64,000 nucleotides of DNA from a virus: IMG/VR virus record IMGVR_UViG_3300035670_000059, positions 49,733 through 113,732 of that record, one strand, 5' to 3'. Shown one piece after another: positions 29,631 through 40,447 of the stretch. Every line of letters begins with the position of its first letter. Positions within the stretch are counted from its first letter, which is position 1. The position numbers were made by a program, and so were the translations under genes. Below the pieces are notes generated by a model that was given only the letters and a program-made list of their open reading frames with translations, made no database searches and was not told the origin of the DNA.

Positions 29631-30359
29631 ATGTCTGAATTTAAGTTACCTACCGAAACAATCGAATTACCCTCAAAAGGCTTATTGTATCCTTCCGACA
29701 GTCCACTTGCTAGTGGTATCATAAGCATGAAATATATGACCGCGAGAGAAGAAGATATTTTAACCAACCAATCCTACATTCAAAACGGAACTGTAATAGA
29801 TAAACTATTACAATCACTAATTGTATCTAAAATCAATTACAGTGATTTATTAATTGGTGATAAAAATGCACTATTAATTGCTTCCCGTATCTTAGGATAT
29901 GGTAAAGACTATACTTTTATGTATGGTGGCAGAGAAGAAACAGTTGATTTAACTCAACTTTCCAATAAAAAATTAGACGAGTCTTTATACACTAAAGGTG
30001 TAAATAAATTTAATTTTGAACTACCCTACACTGGTACTCATATTACATTTAAACTTCTAACTCACGGTGATGAAATAAAGATTCAAAATGAAATTAAAGG
30101 TCTACAAAAAATCACCCCAAACACTTCTCCCGAAGCTACAACTAGATTAAAACATATGATTTTAGCTATAGATGGAGATGAAGAACAGAAAAATATCCGA
30201 AATTTTGTAGATAATTATCTTTTAGCTCGGGATGCCCGAGCATTTAGAGAATATGTTTCGCAAATCCAACCTGATGTAGATTTGACTTTTTTTCCCGGAA
30301 GTGGGGGAGAATCAATTAACATTCCAATTGGACTTAACTTTTTTTGGCCTGACCTCTAA
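29631..30359 (+). CDS. Tail assembly chaperone / baseplate hub assembly protein (gp26-like)
   Basis: IELPSKG..Y, MTAREEDIL, ends NFFWPDL; upstream of tape measure. Confidence 0.75.
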   Translation: MSEFKLPTETIELPSKGLLYPSDSPLASGIISMKYMTAREEDILTNQSYIQNGTVIDKLLQSLIVSKINYSDLLIGDKNALLIASRILGYGKDYTFMYGGREETVDLTQLSNKKLDESLYTKGVNKFNFELPYTGTHITFKLLTHGDEIKIQNEIKGLQKITPNTSPEATTRLKHMILAIDGDEEQKNIRNFVDNYLLARDARAFREYVSQIQPDVDLTFFPGSGGESINIPIGLNFFWPDL

Positions 30360-30621
30360 AATAGCCCAAGAATTTAGAAAATCTGTCTTTGATCAAATTC
30401 ACCAAATTGTTTTTCATGGCAAAGGTGGATATGATTGGGGAACTGTTTATAACATGCCAATTTGGCTTCGTAAATATACTTTTAAGCTTATAAAAGACCA
30501 TTACGATGAAGAAGCAAAACAAATTGAATCTTCTAAAACCAAATCCAATCAACAAACAGTTATAGACTCCTCTGGAAAGATCACTGCTCCCCAATTCTTA
30601 AAACAAACAAGTTATAAATAA
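30340..30621 (+). CDS. Chaperone C-terminal extension (gp51/gpT-like), probably reached by frameshift
   Basis: +1-frame ORF overlapping T7 run at 30339-30345; VYNMPIWLRKY motif; first ATG only at 30454. Confidence 0.65.
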   Translation, partial: FFGLTSKIAQEFRKSVFDQIHQIVFHGKGGYDWGTVYNMPIWLRKYTFKLIKDHYDEEAKQIESSKTKSNQQTVIDSSGKITAPQFLKQTSYK

Positions 30622-30657
30622 AACTGTATATTTCAATATTTATAACAAAATATTTTT

Positions 30658-32655
30658 ATGGCTTTAGGAGACGGCAAAGCAAAACAAGAATCTCAAGAAA
30701 TAAAAGGAGAATTATCTGCTATTTTAGATGCTGTATCATCTATTGGGGATAAATTAGTATCTTCTTTTCAAGATGCTGTTGATGAAGCTAGTAAATTTCG
30801 TAATGTATCAGAAGCTACCTCAAAAACCTTAAAACGAGGTTTACTTTCAGATATAAAGGAAACAGTAAAAAATACTGAAGATCTTATTAGAGCTCAAGTA
30901 AAGGCAGAAAAAGGATTATTAAGGCAATCTGAAATTCAAAAACTGCAAAATAAACTAGCTGAAAATAGAGCATTATTTGAGGCTAGGCAAGCTATAGCTT
31001 TAGCAAATAAAGTTCCATTAACTAAAGCTCAAACTAAAAAATTTGAAGAGCAACTTGTATTACAAGAAGCATCCCTTAAAGCCACAATAAAAGCTAATAA
31101 AGAAAATGAAAAAGCTTTTGGTTTAATAGGTTTAGCTAAATCCGCAGCTAGTGGGTTAGCCGATAAAATTGATAAAAGTGGAAAATTATCTAAAGTATTT
31201 AGTGGAGAACTAAATAAAGCTCAAAAACTTACTTTGCTTGCAGATAGTGCTTTTGCATTATTGGTAAATGGTGTACTTCAAGCTAGTGATAATATAGCAG
31301 CAATTGCTAAAAATACTGGAGTATCAGCTAATGAAGCCCAAAGATTACAAGCTAGTTTTGCTACTGCTGCTTCTGAATCTGGAAAATTATTTATAAACAG
31401 TAAGGATTTAAACAAAGCATTTGGTGAACTTTCTAGCCAAACTGGATTAATAGCAGATTTTGGTGGAAAAACTTTAGTTACCCAAGCTACTTTAACTAAA
31501 CAATTAGGATTATCATCTCAATCCGCTGGTAAATTATCATTACTCTCCAGAATTCAAAGTCAAAACACTGAAGGGGTTTTATCCAATACAGTAAAGACTG
31601 TAGGGGCAATTTCAAGACAAAATGGAGTTGCACTTAACGCTAAGAGTATTTTAGAAGAAATTAGTAATACAAGTGCAGCTATAACAGTTTCACTAGGTAA
31701 AAATCCAATAGCTTTAGCTGAAGCTGCTTCTCAAGCTAAATTATTTGGTGCTAATTTATCTACTGTAGATACTATTGCCTCTAGTTTATTGAATTTTGAA
31801 GAATCTATTTCTAATGAATTACAAGCTGAATTATTAACGGGTCAAAATATTAATCTAGAAAGAGCAAGATTATTAGCTTTAAATAACGACCTATCAGGTT
31901 TATCTAAGGAATTAGCTGATAACGAAGAAATTATAACAGCATTCGCTACAGGAAATAGAATACAACAAGAAGCAGCAGCAGCCGCTATTGGATTAAGCCG
32001 AGAGCAATTAGCAGAAATAGCATTACAACAAGAATTTAATAATTTATCAGCAGAACAATTTAGAGATACTTACGGAGAAGTAACATACCAACAATTACAG
32101 TCTCAATCTGCTAGTGAAAAATTTGCCTCAACTTTAGAAGCAATACAAGGAATTATAGGAGATATAGGTATAGCTTTTGCTCCATTTTTAGATGGATTAG
32201 CAACAGCTGTTGGATTTCTCGCTAAAAATAAGGCAGCAGCTATAGGATTAGCGGCTGTATTAACTACATTAGCTAGTATCTCTCTTGCTAATGCCATAGC
32301 TAATATATTTGCTTCTTCTGTATTAACTGGTCCAATTGCTGGTCCAATACTTGCAGCTGCTACAGTTGCAGGAATGATTGCAGCAATTGCATCCTCTAAA
32401 TCATTAACTACAGCAGATGATATGATAGCTCCTTCAGGTTATGGAGACAGAATTTTATCTACACCTAAAGGATCTATAGCATTAAACAATAACGATACAG
32501 TTGTAGCAGGTACAAACTTAGGTGGAGGAGGAAACCAAGAAACTAAACGTACCAACCAACTGCTAGAAAGATTATTAAATCAACCCGCAGTATTTAAAAT
32601 AGGAACAGATGAATTCTATACTGCTACCTCAAAATATAGCTATCAAATTCAATAA
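30658..32655 (+). CDS. Tape measure protein
   Basis: Long Ala/Leu helical protein with hydrophobic C-terminal segments; follows chaperones. Confidence 0.8.
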   Translation: MALGDGKAKQESQEIKGELSAILDAVSSIGDKLVSSFQDAVDEASKFRNVSEATSKTLKRGLLSDIKETVKNTEDLIRAQVKAEKGLLRQSEIQKLQNKLAENRALFEARQAIALANKVPLTKAQTKKFEEQLVLQEASLKATIKANKENEKAFGLIGLAKSAASGLADKIDKSGKLSKVFSGELNKAQKLTLLADSAFALLVNGVLQASDNIAAIAKNTGVSANEAQRLQASFATAASESGKLFINSKDLNKAFGELSSQTGLIADFGGKTLVTQATLTKQLGLSSQSAGKLSLLSRIQSQNTEGVLSNTVKTVGAISRQNGVALNAKSILEEISNTSAAITVSLGKNPIALAEAASQAKLFGANLSTVDTIASSLLNFEESISNELQAELLTGQNINLERARLLALNNDLSGLSKELADNEEIITAFATGNRIQQEAAAAAIGLSREQLAEIALQQEFNNLSAEQFRDTYGEVTYQQLQSQSASEKFASTLEAIQGIIGDIGIAFAPFLDGLATAVGFLAKNKAAAIGLAAVLTTLASISLANAIANIFASSVLTGPIAGPILAAATVAGMIAAIASSKSLTTADDMIAPSGYGDRILSTPKGSIALNNNDTVVAGTNLGGGGNQETKRTNQLLERLLNQPAVFKIGTDEFYTATSKYSYQIQ

Positions 32656-32691
32656 CATTTAATATTTATAATAAATTAAACCTTATACACA

Positions 32692-32871
32692 ATGGCATTA
32701 TTAGATAAATTGCAAAAAGATGGTACAGTATTAACTCCTTTAAGAGGTACTAGACCAACTGCTACATTAGTAAAAGATGTAATCCAAGTAAACAATACCT
32801 TCTCTAAAGGGCAGTATCAAAATTACGTTGTTAATACCCCTAGAGCTCAGGATCTTACAGGTAACAAGTAA
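32692..32871 (+). CDS. 59-aa hypothetical protein (not in ORF track)
   Basis: MALLDKLQKDGTVL...LTGNK*; preceded by ATATTTATA at 32662. Confidence 0.7.
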   Translation: MALLDKLQKDGTVLTPLRGTRPTATLVKDVIQVNNTFSKGQYQNYVVNTPRAQDLTGNK

Positions 32872-32877
32872 TATTAA

Positions 32878-34800
32878 ATGTCATTAGTAAATCTAAAAAC
32901 TAACCTAAAATCTCTACGATACGGACAGGATAGAGTAGGTGGGGGGAACAGTAATCAACCATATATTAAAAGCCCAATCCCCGACAATGCTTCTAGCTTA
33001 GATCGTAGTGGGGGAGTTGACTTTCTCTTACGTGGTGGAATATTAACCCCTTCTAGAGCTGCCAAAGATGTATCTAGATTAACTAAGATGTTTTTTGATT
33101 TTAAATCCCCAAACGGGGTACTTTTTACTGCTAAACAAAATTTACTTTCTAGAACAGGTGTAAAAACACAAGCAGGTGGATTTATAAATGAAGGTGCATA
33201 TTTACCTACCTCTACAATACTACAAGCTGGTGGAAATGCTTTTGGTACCCACTTACTAAAACAAGGAATAAACCCATTCCGAAACACATCCCCAGATGCT
33301 GGAGCAATTAATAATCCACTTTTAAATCTATTAGGTGTAGGTGGTGCTGTTCAAAGTCTTATCAACAACGCCGGAGGATTACCTGTATATTCACAAACAG
33401 TAAGATCTGATCAATCCCCCGATAATAACCGTTTAGTTCAACTAAAAGATTCTAAAATAGGATCTAATATTAACCGCAAACAAGAAGGAATATTTGGTGA
33501 CCAAACATTTAGACAAATTTTAGGCCAAATCAATCCATTTAAAAATAAATTAAGTAGTATAGCTAAAACTATCTTCACTAATAAAACCCAAAAACTAGGA
33601 ATATCTAGTGATAACAGAGAAATTTTAAGATATGGTGGAGGCCCGGGTTCTATATTAGGGGTAGGACAAACTGCTATAAGAAGATACTATTTTTCTACTA
33701 CCGAAGGATTTAGCTATGATGTATCTAAAGGATTTTTTAATGTTTTAGGAGCAGGACAAGGAATAGAAGACAGACGTTTAGGTAATAATGGTGGCAGTAC
33801 CGTATCTGATTTTAGAAGTTTATTAGATATTAATAAAAATGCTACTCGACAAACTATCCTCTCCAAATCCCCAGATTATAAAACTAAAAATATTGAAAAT
33901 AGAGTTAATCTAGGAGACCCAGGAAGAAAAAATAAAAATGTTTCTAGTTATACTGCGGGATTAGGTAAATTAGATAAAATTACTTCTATGCCCCTATATC
34001 AATCTGATAAAGGAAATCATAGTGGTCACCGAAATGATTTAGTTAAATTTAGTATTGGAATAATAGACAATAAACTCCCTGATCAAAGAGTTTATATTCA
34101 CTTCCGTGCATTTTTGGATTCAATGGAAGATAACTATAATGCACAGTGGGATAGTTTTAAATACATGGGTAGAGGTGAAAACTTCTATAGATACAACGGA
34201 TTTACTCGTAATATAAATTTAAGCTGGACGGTAGCAGCTCAATCCAAAGAAGAATTAATACCAATGTATCAAAAATTAAACTTTTTAGCTTCATCTCTAT
34301 CACCAGATTTCTCTGATGCCGGTTATATGAGAGGCAATTTAGCAGTACTTACCGTTGGGGGATATATATTTGAACAACCCGGTATAATAACAAGCATAAA
34401 CTATTCAGTTCCACAAGAATCCCCATGGGAAATTGGAATAAGTGATACTGCGGGATTTGATGATACTGTTAAAGAACTCCCTCACATAATTAAAGTAACA
34501 GGATTTAGCTTTATACCTATTCATGAATTTGTACCTAAAATCCAGAAAAATACTTATGATGGTCTTTACAATGAAGACGGAACTAATTTAAGAAACGTAA
34601 TTAGCAAATTTGGAAGAGGGGATGAAATTGGAAAAGAAAGATACATAGCCCTATCAAAAGACACCACCCCCTCTGCTGCTACTACTAATTATAATCCCCC
34701 CAATGATTATACTTATGATGTTAAACAAGCTAGAGCTAATCTTAACCAAAATATCCCTACTTCTCCTACTAGAATTTTACCTGCCTTTTCCTCTACCTAA
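32878..34800 (+). CDS. Baseplate/tube-initiator-like protein
   Basis: C-term FRAFL..YMGRGENFYRY.GFTR..LTVG..PGII..PWEI tube-like fold; synteny. Confidence 0.6.
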   Translation: MSLVNLKTNLKSLRYGQDRVGGGNSNQPYIKSPIPDNASSLDRSGGVDFLLRGGILTPSRAAKDVSRLTKMFFDFKSPNGVLFTAKQNLLSRTGVKTQAGGFINEGAYLPTSTILQAGGNAFGTHLLKQGINPFRNTSPDAGAINNPLLNLLGVGGAVQSLINNAGGLPVYSQTVRSDQSPDNNRLVQLKDSKIGSNINRKQEGIFGDQTFRQILGQINPFKNKLSSIAKTIFTNKTQKLGISSDNREILRYGGGPGSILGVGQTAIRRYYFSTTEGFSYDVSKGFFNVLGAGQGIEDRRLGNNGGSTVSDFRSLLDINKNATRQTILSKSPDYKTKNIENRVNLGDPGRKNKNVSSYTAGLGKLDKITSMPLYQSDKGNHSGHRNDLVKFSIGIIDNKLPDQRVYIHFRAFLDSMEDNYNAQWDSFKYMGRGENFYRYNGFTRNINLSWTVAAQSKEELIPMYQKLNFLASSLSPDFSDAGYMRGNLAVLTVGGYIFEQPGIITSINYSVPQESPWEIGISDTAGFDDTVKELPHIIKVTGFSFIPIHEFVPKIQKNTYDGLYNEDGTNLRNVISKFGRGDEIGKERYIALSKDTTPSAATTNYNPPNDYTYDVKQARANLNQNIPTSPTRILPAFSST

Positions 34801-34808
34801 AAAATAGT

Positions 34809-35111
34809 ATGAACCGTTACAAAAATACACCTGTATTTAAAAACCAACCCGGAAAACGATATTATGGTACTACCAAATATCCTGATCTTCCTTTGGATTT
34901 CAACGATATTTACGTATATTCAACCGTAGGTGATAGATTTGATATATTAGCATTACAATATTATAGTGATTCTACTTTATGGTGGGTAATTTCAATTGCA
35001 AACACTAATTTAACACAAGGCTCATATTACATACCCGAAGGATCTCAAATTAGAATACCTGCTAATATAAGCAGAATTATGGCTCAATACAATGCGTTAA
35101 ACTCAATTTAA
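34809..35111 (+). CDS. LysM-like baseplate wedge protein (gp53/tail X-like)
   Basis: GDRFDILALQYYSDSTLWWVISIAN..G.QIRIP. Confidence 0.8.
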   Translation: MNRYKNTPVFKNQPGKRYYGTTKYPDLPLDFNDIYVYSTVGDRFDILALQYYSDSTLWWVISIANTNLTQGSYYIPEGSQIRIPANISRIMAQYNALNSI

Positions 35112-35115
35112 AGTT

Positions 35116-38100
35116 ATGACTGGAAATGTAGTAGGAGAACCGATTGAAGACTTTGTAGATAAACAAATTGGTATAAGACAGCAAAATCAATTTGGAGGTT
35201 ATGGAACTACTCTTAGAACTGATGATCAACTCCAATATCTCAATAATAGAAATGCTTGGGTAAAATTAGCTTCTTCGGTTAGTGTATTACCGGATGCTAC
35301 CATTCCTTCTACTCCTGAGGAATCTGTAGCACAAAGATATGGGTTAGAGTTTACGGGTACAACAATACCTTTAGGAGAATCTAAACTTAAAAATATAGGT
35401 ATACAAGATACTTCAAATTATTTAGGCACTAAACTTGCAGAAAAAGCAATACTTTTTAATACTATCTCCCAATATACCTCTGGTGGCACTTTAAGTAATA
35501 ATAGAGCGGGTGTTGCTAATACTAACAATTTATGGAATGATGGTTTTATTTATGGAATAGGTGGGACAGAATTTGGCATCCAACCCCCTCCCGGTATTAT
35601 AGGAGTTACTATTGATTCTTTAAACCGAGGTTCTATTCGAAAAGCAAATATAACACTTAAAGCCCACAACAAATTTCAATTCGATCTTATTGAATTACTC
35701 TATTTGAGATTAGGTTTTACAATGATGTTAGAATGGGGGTGGGACAAATACCTTGATAGTAAAGGAGTTCTCCAACAAACAGGCAATACTATAATTGAAG
35801 ATGAATGGTTCAAAACTAATGGAACTACTCAACTTCAAATGCTCAACTCTATCCAGAAAAAAAGAAGAGACTACCAAGGGAATTATGATGGATTTTTTGG
35901 TAAAGTATCTAATTTTACTTGGAATTTTAATCCTGATGGCTCATATGACATTTCAATAGATTTAATTACACTTGGGGATGTTATTGAATCTTTAAAAGTT
36001 AACACCTCAGTTAAAGAAAAATTTTATCCCGATGGGGGTCTTTTTGAAGACATCAAATTTCCAGAAGATAAAAGTAATACTAATATAGCTAAAGTTGCTA
36101 CTTTAAATACTTTAGGTTATTTTCTTTTTAGTAAAATAAAAGAAATTACAAATAACTTTACTTATACACGTAGTGAAAATATAAATACTAACTACCCCAA
36201 TTATATATCATTTTTTACCACAAATACAACTTCATATCAAAGTCCTCAATATTATGTAAGACTGGGTGAGTTTTTAACTCAATTAGAGGGTTTAATAGTA
36301 CCTAAAGTACAAAATAATAATTCTGATAAATTTTCTCAAATTACTTTTGAAAAAACAGGATGTTTAATTTCATATTTTCCTAATCAGATACCTTTAGATC
36401 CTAGAGTTTGTATTTTTAAACCTTCTTTAAATTCTTATGGTGATATAAAGGGCATAATTAGTCCTACTTATTTTAACCTTATTCCTATCCCTTATCTAGT
36501 TTCTATTGATGGGAGCATATATGGGTCACTTATGGACTTATACATAAATTTTGAATTTATTGCAGGATTACTAGTAGCAAACGGAGGCCCAGATCAAGAA
36601 TTATTCTTATTTAAATTTTTACAGGATTTATGTAATGGAATAAATACGGCTTTAGGTGGAGTTAATAAACTAGAACCCATTATAAAAGATGATTATTTTA
36701 TTACAATAATAGATCAAACTCTTTCATCACCCGAGGTTAAAGACACAGTTAATTTAGAAGTATATGGATACAACCCTTCAGATCTCAATAATCCAGTTTC
36801 TAACTTTGTAAAAGATGTAAAATTTATATCTAAAATTACACCTCAATTAGCCTCTACAATTAGTATTGGGGCTACAGCCGCAGGGAGCTCAACTTCTGAA
36901 ATAGATGGGACAGCATTCTCAAAATGGAGTGAAGGATTAGTAGATAGATTTGCTGAAAAAATATCAGAACCCGCAGGACTTGATCTTATTACAGACAATC
37001 AAGAAAAAGGAGCAAAATCTGTAGAAGAATATAAAGCAATATTTGAAAGATTTGAGTACGCAGATGATACTATTTCAATATTGAGGTCATTCCAATATGC
37101 TTTAGCAAGATTAGGAAATAATCTTAACCCTGGGGGCACAAGTACAGTAGTATTGCGAAATTTAGAAAAAGAAGAGGAAACTAAAAAAAGAATAGTAAAA
37201 AACAGTCCTAGATACAAAGATTTAGAAAACAGAGCTATGACCTTTTCTCAATTTTATGCCGCAGCTTCCCAAATAGATATAAATAAAAGATTACAAGGTA
37301 TTAGGGGTGAAAATGAAATTAATGAATTAGCTTCTAGTAATTATATTATATACTTAATTAAAGCTTTTGGAGGTAATTCAGAGGAAATTAAAGTTGAATA
37401 TGCAAATTATGATAATATTCAGAGTGGAACAGGTTTTTCATCTATTGGAAGATCTTTAAAAAATTCTACAACTATTAAAAATTTACAAGTAGATCCTAAT
37501 CAAGGTCGTTATCTAGAGTTTGATGATGTTTTTATTTCTCAAGGTAAATCTGCTTATAAAACTTATATAAATACTTTAAATAATAGCAGATATAAGATAG
37601 ATAATATTCCTTCTAGTGATGTAGGTTTTATTCCCCTATCTTTTGAATTAGTGCTAGATGGTATATCAGGTATAAAAATGTACAATAAATTAAAAATTAA
37701 TAGTAAATTTTTACCCTCTAATTACCCCGAATCGTTAAGTTTTATTATAACTAAAGTTAATCACAACATATCAAATAATAGTTGGGATACTTCTTTATCT
37801 ACTATTTCTATACCTAAAACAGAGCCTTATAAATATACCACCCTCCCTTCAGAAAATACTGGAAACACAGGTGAAAAAAATACAGGTGGTTTCGGAGGGG
37901 GAACTATTGCTGGACTTACTCCTAATGCAGATTATTTAAGAGGTGTATTAAGGCAGCTAGGCTACAAAGAAAAAGGTATAGAATTAGCAGAAAATGGAGA
38001 TATAACACTAGAAGTAGCTAAAGTTGCAGAATCAGTGTTTAGAATGCTTAAAAAGAGATATCCTACTAGTGACATAATAGTTACTGCTGGTAATGATACA

Positions 38101-38421
38101 GAGCATAAACGTTCCTCAGGATCAAGTCATCCAAAAGGTAATGGTATAGATTTTGTAATTACAGGAACAACTAAAAAAGTAAGAACAGAACAAATAGATG
38201 CAGATTTGGCCACTATGGTATTTCTAAACCCAGGCTTTCGATTTATAAATGAATATGAATACCCAAGTTCAAGAGCATCTGGTCCTCACTACCATATTTC
38301 TTGGAATCAAGCGGGTGATGGAGGTACTACATCTATGAAGATGGCGCTGCAATATGCAATAGATCAAAAACTAGAGGCAAAAAGACTTTTACTTAATCCT
38401 ATATACCGAATTAAGTTTTAA
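35116..38421 (+). CDS. Baseplate hub protein with C-terminal M15-like zinc peptidase
   Basis: N-term PPPGI..LEWGW..NFTW.FNPDGSYD hub motifs; C-term SSHPKGNGID..E..HYHISW. Confidence 0.7.
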   Translation: MTGNVVGEPIEDFVDKQIGIRQQNQFGGYGTTLRTDDQLQYLNNRNAWVKLASSVSVLPDATIPSTPEESVAQRYGLEFTGTTIPLGESKLKNIGIQDTSNYLGTKLAEKAILFNTISQYTSGGTLSNNRAGVANTNNLWNDGFIYGIGGTEFGIQPPPGIIGVTIDSLNRGSIRKANITLKAHNKFQFDLIELLYLRLGFTMMLEWGWDKYLDSKGVLQQTGNTIIEDEWFKTNGTTQLQMLNSIQKKRRDYQGNYDGFFGKVSNFTWNFNPDGSYDISIDLITLGDVIESLKVNTSVKEKFYPDGGLFEDIKFPEDKSNTNIAKVATLNTLGYFLFSKIKEITNNFTYTRSENINTNYPNYISFFTTNTTSYQSPQYYVRLGEFLTQLEGLIVPKVQNNNSDKFSQITFEKTGCLISYFPNQIPLDPRVCIFKPSLNSYGDIKGIISPTYFNLIPIPYLVSIDGSIYGSLMDLYINFEFIAGLLVANGGPDQELFLFKFLQDLCNGINTALGGVNKLEPIIKDDYFITIIDQTLSSPEVKDTVNLEVYGYNPSDLNNPVSNFVKDVKFISKITPQLASTISIGATAAGSSTSEIDGTAFSKWSEGLVDRFAEKISEPAGLDLITDNQEKGAKSVEEYKAIFERFEYADDTISILRSFQYALARLGNNLNPGGTSTVVLRNLEKEEETKKRIVKNSPRYKDLENRAMTFSQFYAAASQIDINKRLQGIRGENEINELASSNYIIYLIKAFGGNSEEIKVEYANYDNIQSGTGFSSIGRSLKNSTTIKNLQVDPNQGRYLEFDDVFISQGKSAYKTYINTLNNSRYKIDNIPSSDVGFIPLSFELVLDGISGIKMYNKLKINSKFLPSNYPESLSFIITKVNHNISNNSWDTSLSTISIPKTEPYKYTTLPSENTGNTGEKNTGGFGGGTIAGLTPNADYLRGVLRQLGYKEKGIELAENGDITLEVAKVAESVFRMLKKRYPTSDIIVTAGNDTEHKRSSGSSHPKGNGIDFVITGTTKKVRTEQIDADLATMVFLNPGFRFINEYEYPSSRASGPHYHISWNQAGDGGTTSMKMALQYAIDQKLEAKRLLLNPIYRIKF

Positions 38422-38471
38422 AACTATATATCCATACCTAAGCATCAATACTAAGATAAATAATTCTTATA

Positions 38472-39086
38472 ATGTATTATCCAAAATCTCAAGTTAAAAT
38501 TAATTTATATACCAACGGGGGAGAATATATTGTGTTGAACACAAACACCTCATATAAAGGGTATTATTATGAAACCTCTACTGGGGAGTATTTTAGTGGT
38601 AGAACACCAAATGAATCCCCTTCTTTTAAACTTATAAAAGATATTGCATACGAAACGAGTGGGGAGTCTTCTACTCCTTCTTCCTTTGGATTTGAAAATG
38701 ATAATTTCTATCTAATAGAAAGGGGATATGCTAATTCTACTAATTTATCATTCAACCAAATCCCTCCATCTCCACCTAAACAATCTTATCCTGTTGTAAC
38801 CGATAACGACTATAAACTAGGAGAATTTCAACGATATTTTTTAAAGAAAGGCAACGAAATCAAATTCCTAGAAATATCTCTAGAAGACTATAGAAAATAT
38901 ATAAACCGAGATAAAGACGTAATGTTTGAGCTCTACACCCCAATCCAAATAAATTGGATATTAACAGGGGAAGAAAAACAAGTTTACCAAGTAAACCAAA
39001 GCATAGTAGCTAGAGCAGAACGCGAACAAAACCTACCAGGATTTACACAATATTTTAGAGGTAAATTCACCCAGTTTTATAAATAA
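38472..39086 (+). CDS. Hypothetical protein (end of baseplate block)
   Basis: Intact 204-aa ORF. Confidence 0.55.
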   Translation: MYYPKSQVKINLYTNGGEYIVLNTNTSYKGYYYETSTGEYFSGRTPNESPSFKLIKDIAYETSGESSTPSSFGFENDNFYLIERGYANSTNLSFNQIPPSPPKQSYPVVTDNDYKLGEFQRYFLKKGNEIKFLEISLEDYRKYINRDKDVMFELYTPIQINWILTGEEKQVYQVNQSIVARAEREQNLPGFTQYFRGKFTQFYK

Positions 39087-39137
39087 CTAGGCTCCTAAAA
39101 AGAGCCTTCTTATATTTACATAAATAAAGGTTACGCA

Positions 39138-40409
39138 ATGTACTGGTTAATCGAAGACATAGACCAACTTAAAAATTTCTATAATTTAGGCTATAAGGAA
39201 GCATTCATAGAGGTAATACCCTCAAATGATAAAATCCACCCTATCCAAAACACTGTATCTTTGGTGTATATTCGCCCGCTTTTAGCAACTAAAGGCTTCA
39301 TGCTAGGAGTGTCCCACAGCGAAACGCTAAACGAAATATCGCAACACATTACCGCAATTCTACAAAAATTTGATGTGTTGTATTGTAGGGATAAGAAGGA
39401 AATATTACATTATTTTCCAATTAAGCATTTGCTTGACATCACACCCCCTCCTCATCCGTATATACGACCCACTACAACAACACACGATCTATTTTATAGA
39501 AACCACGGTTTAAACATAGAAGTAAACAAAATTATCCCTATTGTTAAACATTATGAGGTATGCGAGCAAATGTATAATGATTTGCTGCCAAACATGTGTG
39601 AGCCTAAAACACAATACCACAAGTTTTTTAACAATAAAGTAACAGTAGTGTTTAACGCTATTGAACAAAACGGTTTGCACATCAATAAACCCGAATTTGA
39701 AAATTATTTTACTAAAACAAATTCGGATTTTGTCTATACACAATACAATTTAAAAACAACAACAACAAGACCATCAAATACATTTGGAGGAATTAACTAT
39801 GCGGCGCTCAATAAAGAAAACGGTTGTAGAAAAAGCTTTATACCACGTAACGATAAATTTGTTGAAATTGATATTTCTGCTTACCATCCTAGCTTGGCTG
39901 CTCGTCTCATTGATTATGTTTTTTCCGTTGATGATATTCATGCTCATTTTGCTGCCTTATATAAAGTGGACTACGCAAAGGCAAAAGAACTCACATTCAA
40001 ACAGTTATATGGAGGAGTTTTTGAATCTTACAAAAATATTGATTTCTTTAAGAAAAGCCAAGTATATATTGAGAAAAACTGGGAGCAATTTGAAAACACG
40101 GGAAGTATAGAGGTACCAATCTCTGGATATAAAATTGAAAAAAATAATGTGGGAGAGATGAACCCACAAAAATTGTTTAATTATTTGCTACAAGGATACG
40201 AGACAGCTCAGAATATTTTGATATTGTGGGATATGTTGCGTATCTTAATGGGAAAGAATACGAAATTGGTTCTGTACACTTACGACAGTTTTATGCTTGA
40301 TGTAGATAATAAAGAGATAGAAATTTTAGAAGATATTAGAGATATATTTAAAAAATATAAATTAAATATTAAAGAAAAAAGTGGAGTAAATTATGGGGAT
40401 TTGGTGTGA
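39138..40409 (+). CDS. polA: Compact family-A DNA polymerase
   Basis: TTTRPS, motif A EIDISAYHP, motif B AKELTFKQLYGG, NYLLQG.ET, motif C LYTYDS. Confidence 0.8.
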   Translation: MYWLIEDIDQLKNFYNLGYKEAFIEVIPSNDKIHPIQNTVSLVYIRPLLATKGFMLGVSHSETLNEISQHITAILQKFDVLYCRDKKEILHYFPIKHLLDITPPPHPYIRPTTTTHDLFYRNHGLNIEVNKIIPIVKHYEVCEQMYNDLLPNMCEPKTQYHKFFNNKVTVVFNAIEQNGLHINKPEFENYFTKTNSDFVYTQYNLKTTTTRPSNTFGGINYAALNKENGCRKSFIPRNDKFVEIDISAYHPSLAARLIDYVFSVDDIHAHFAALYKVDYAKAKELTFKQLYGGVFESYKNIDFFKKSQVYIEKNWEQFENTGSIEVPISGYKIEKNNVGEMNPQKLFNYLLQGYETAQNILILWDMLRILMGKNTKLVLYTYDSFMLDVDNKEIEILEDIRDIFKKYKLNIKEKSGVNYGDLV

Positions 40410-40447
40410 TTCTTTTTTGTTTGACATATTTATAATAAAATAATATT

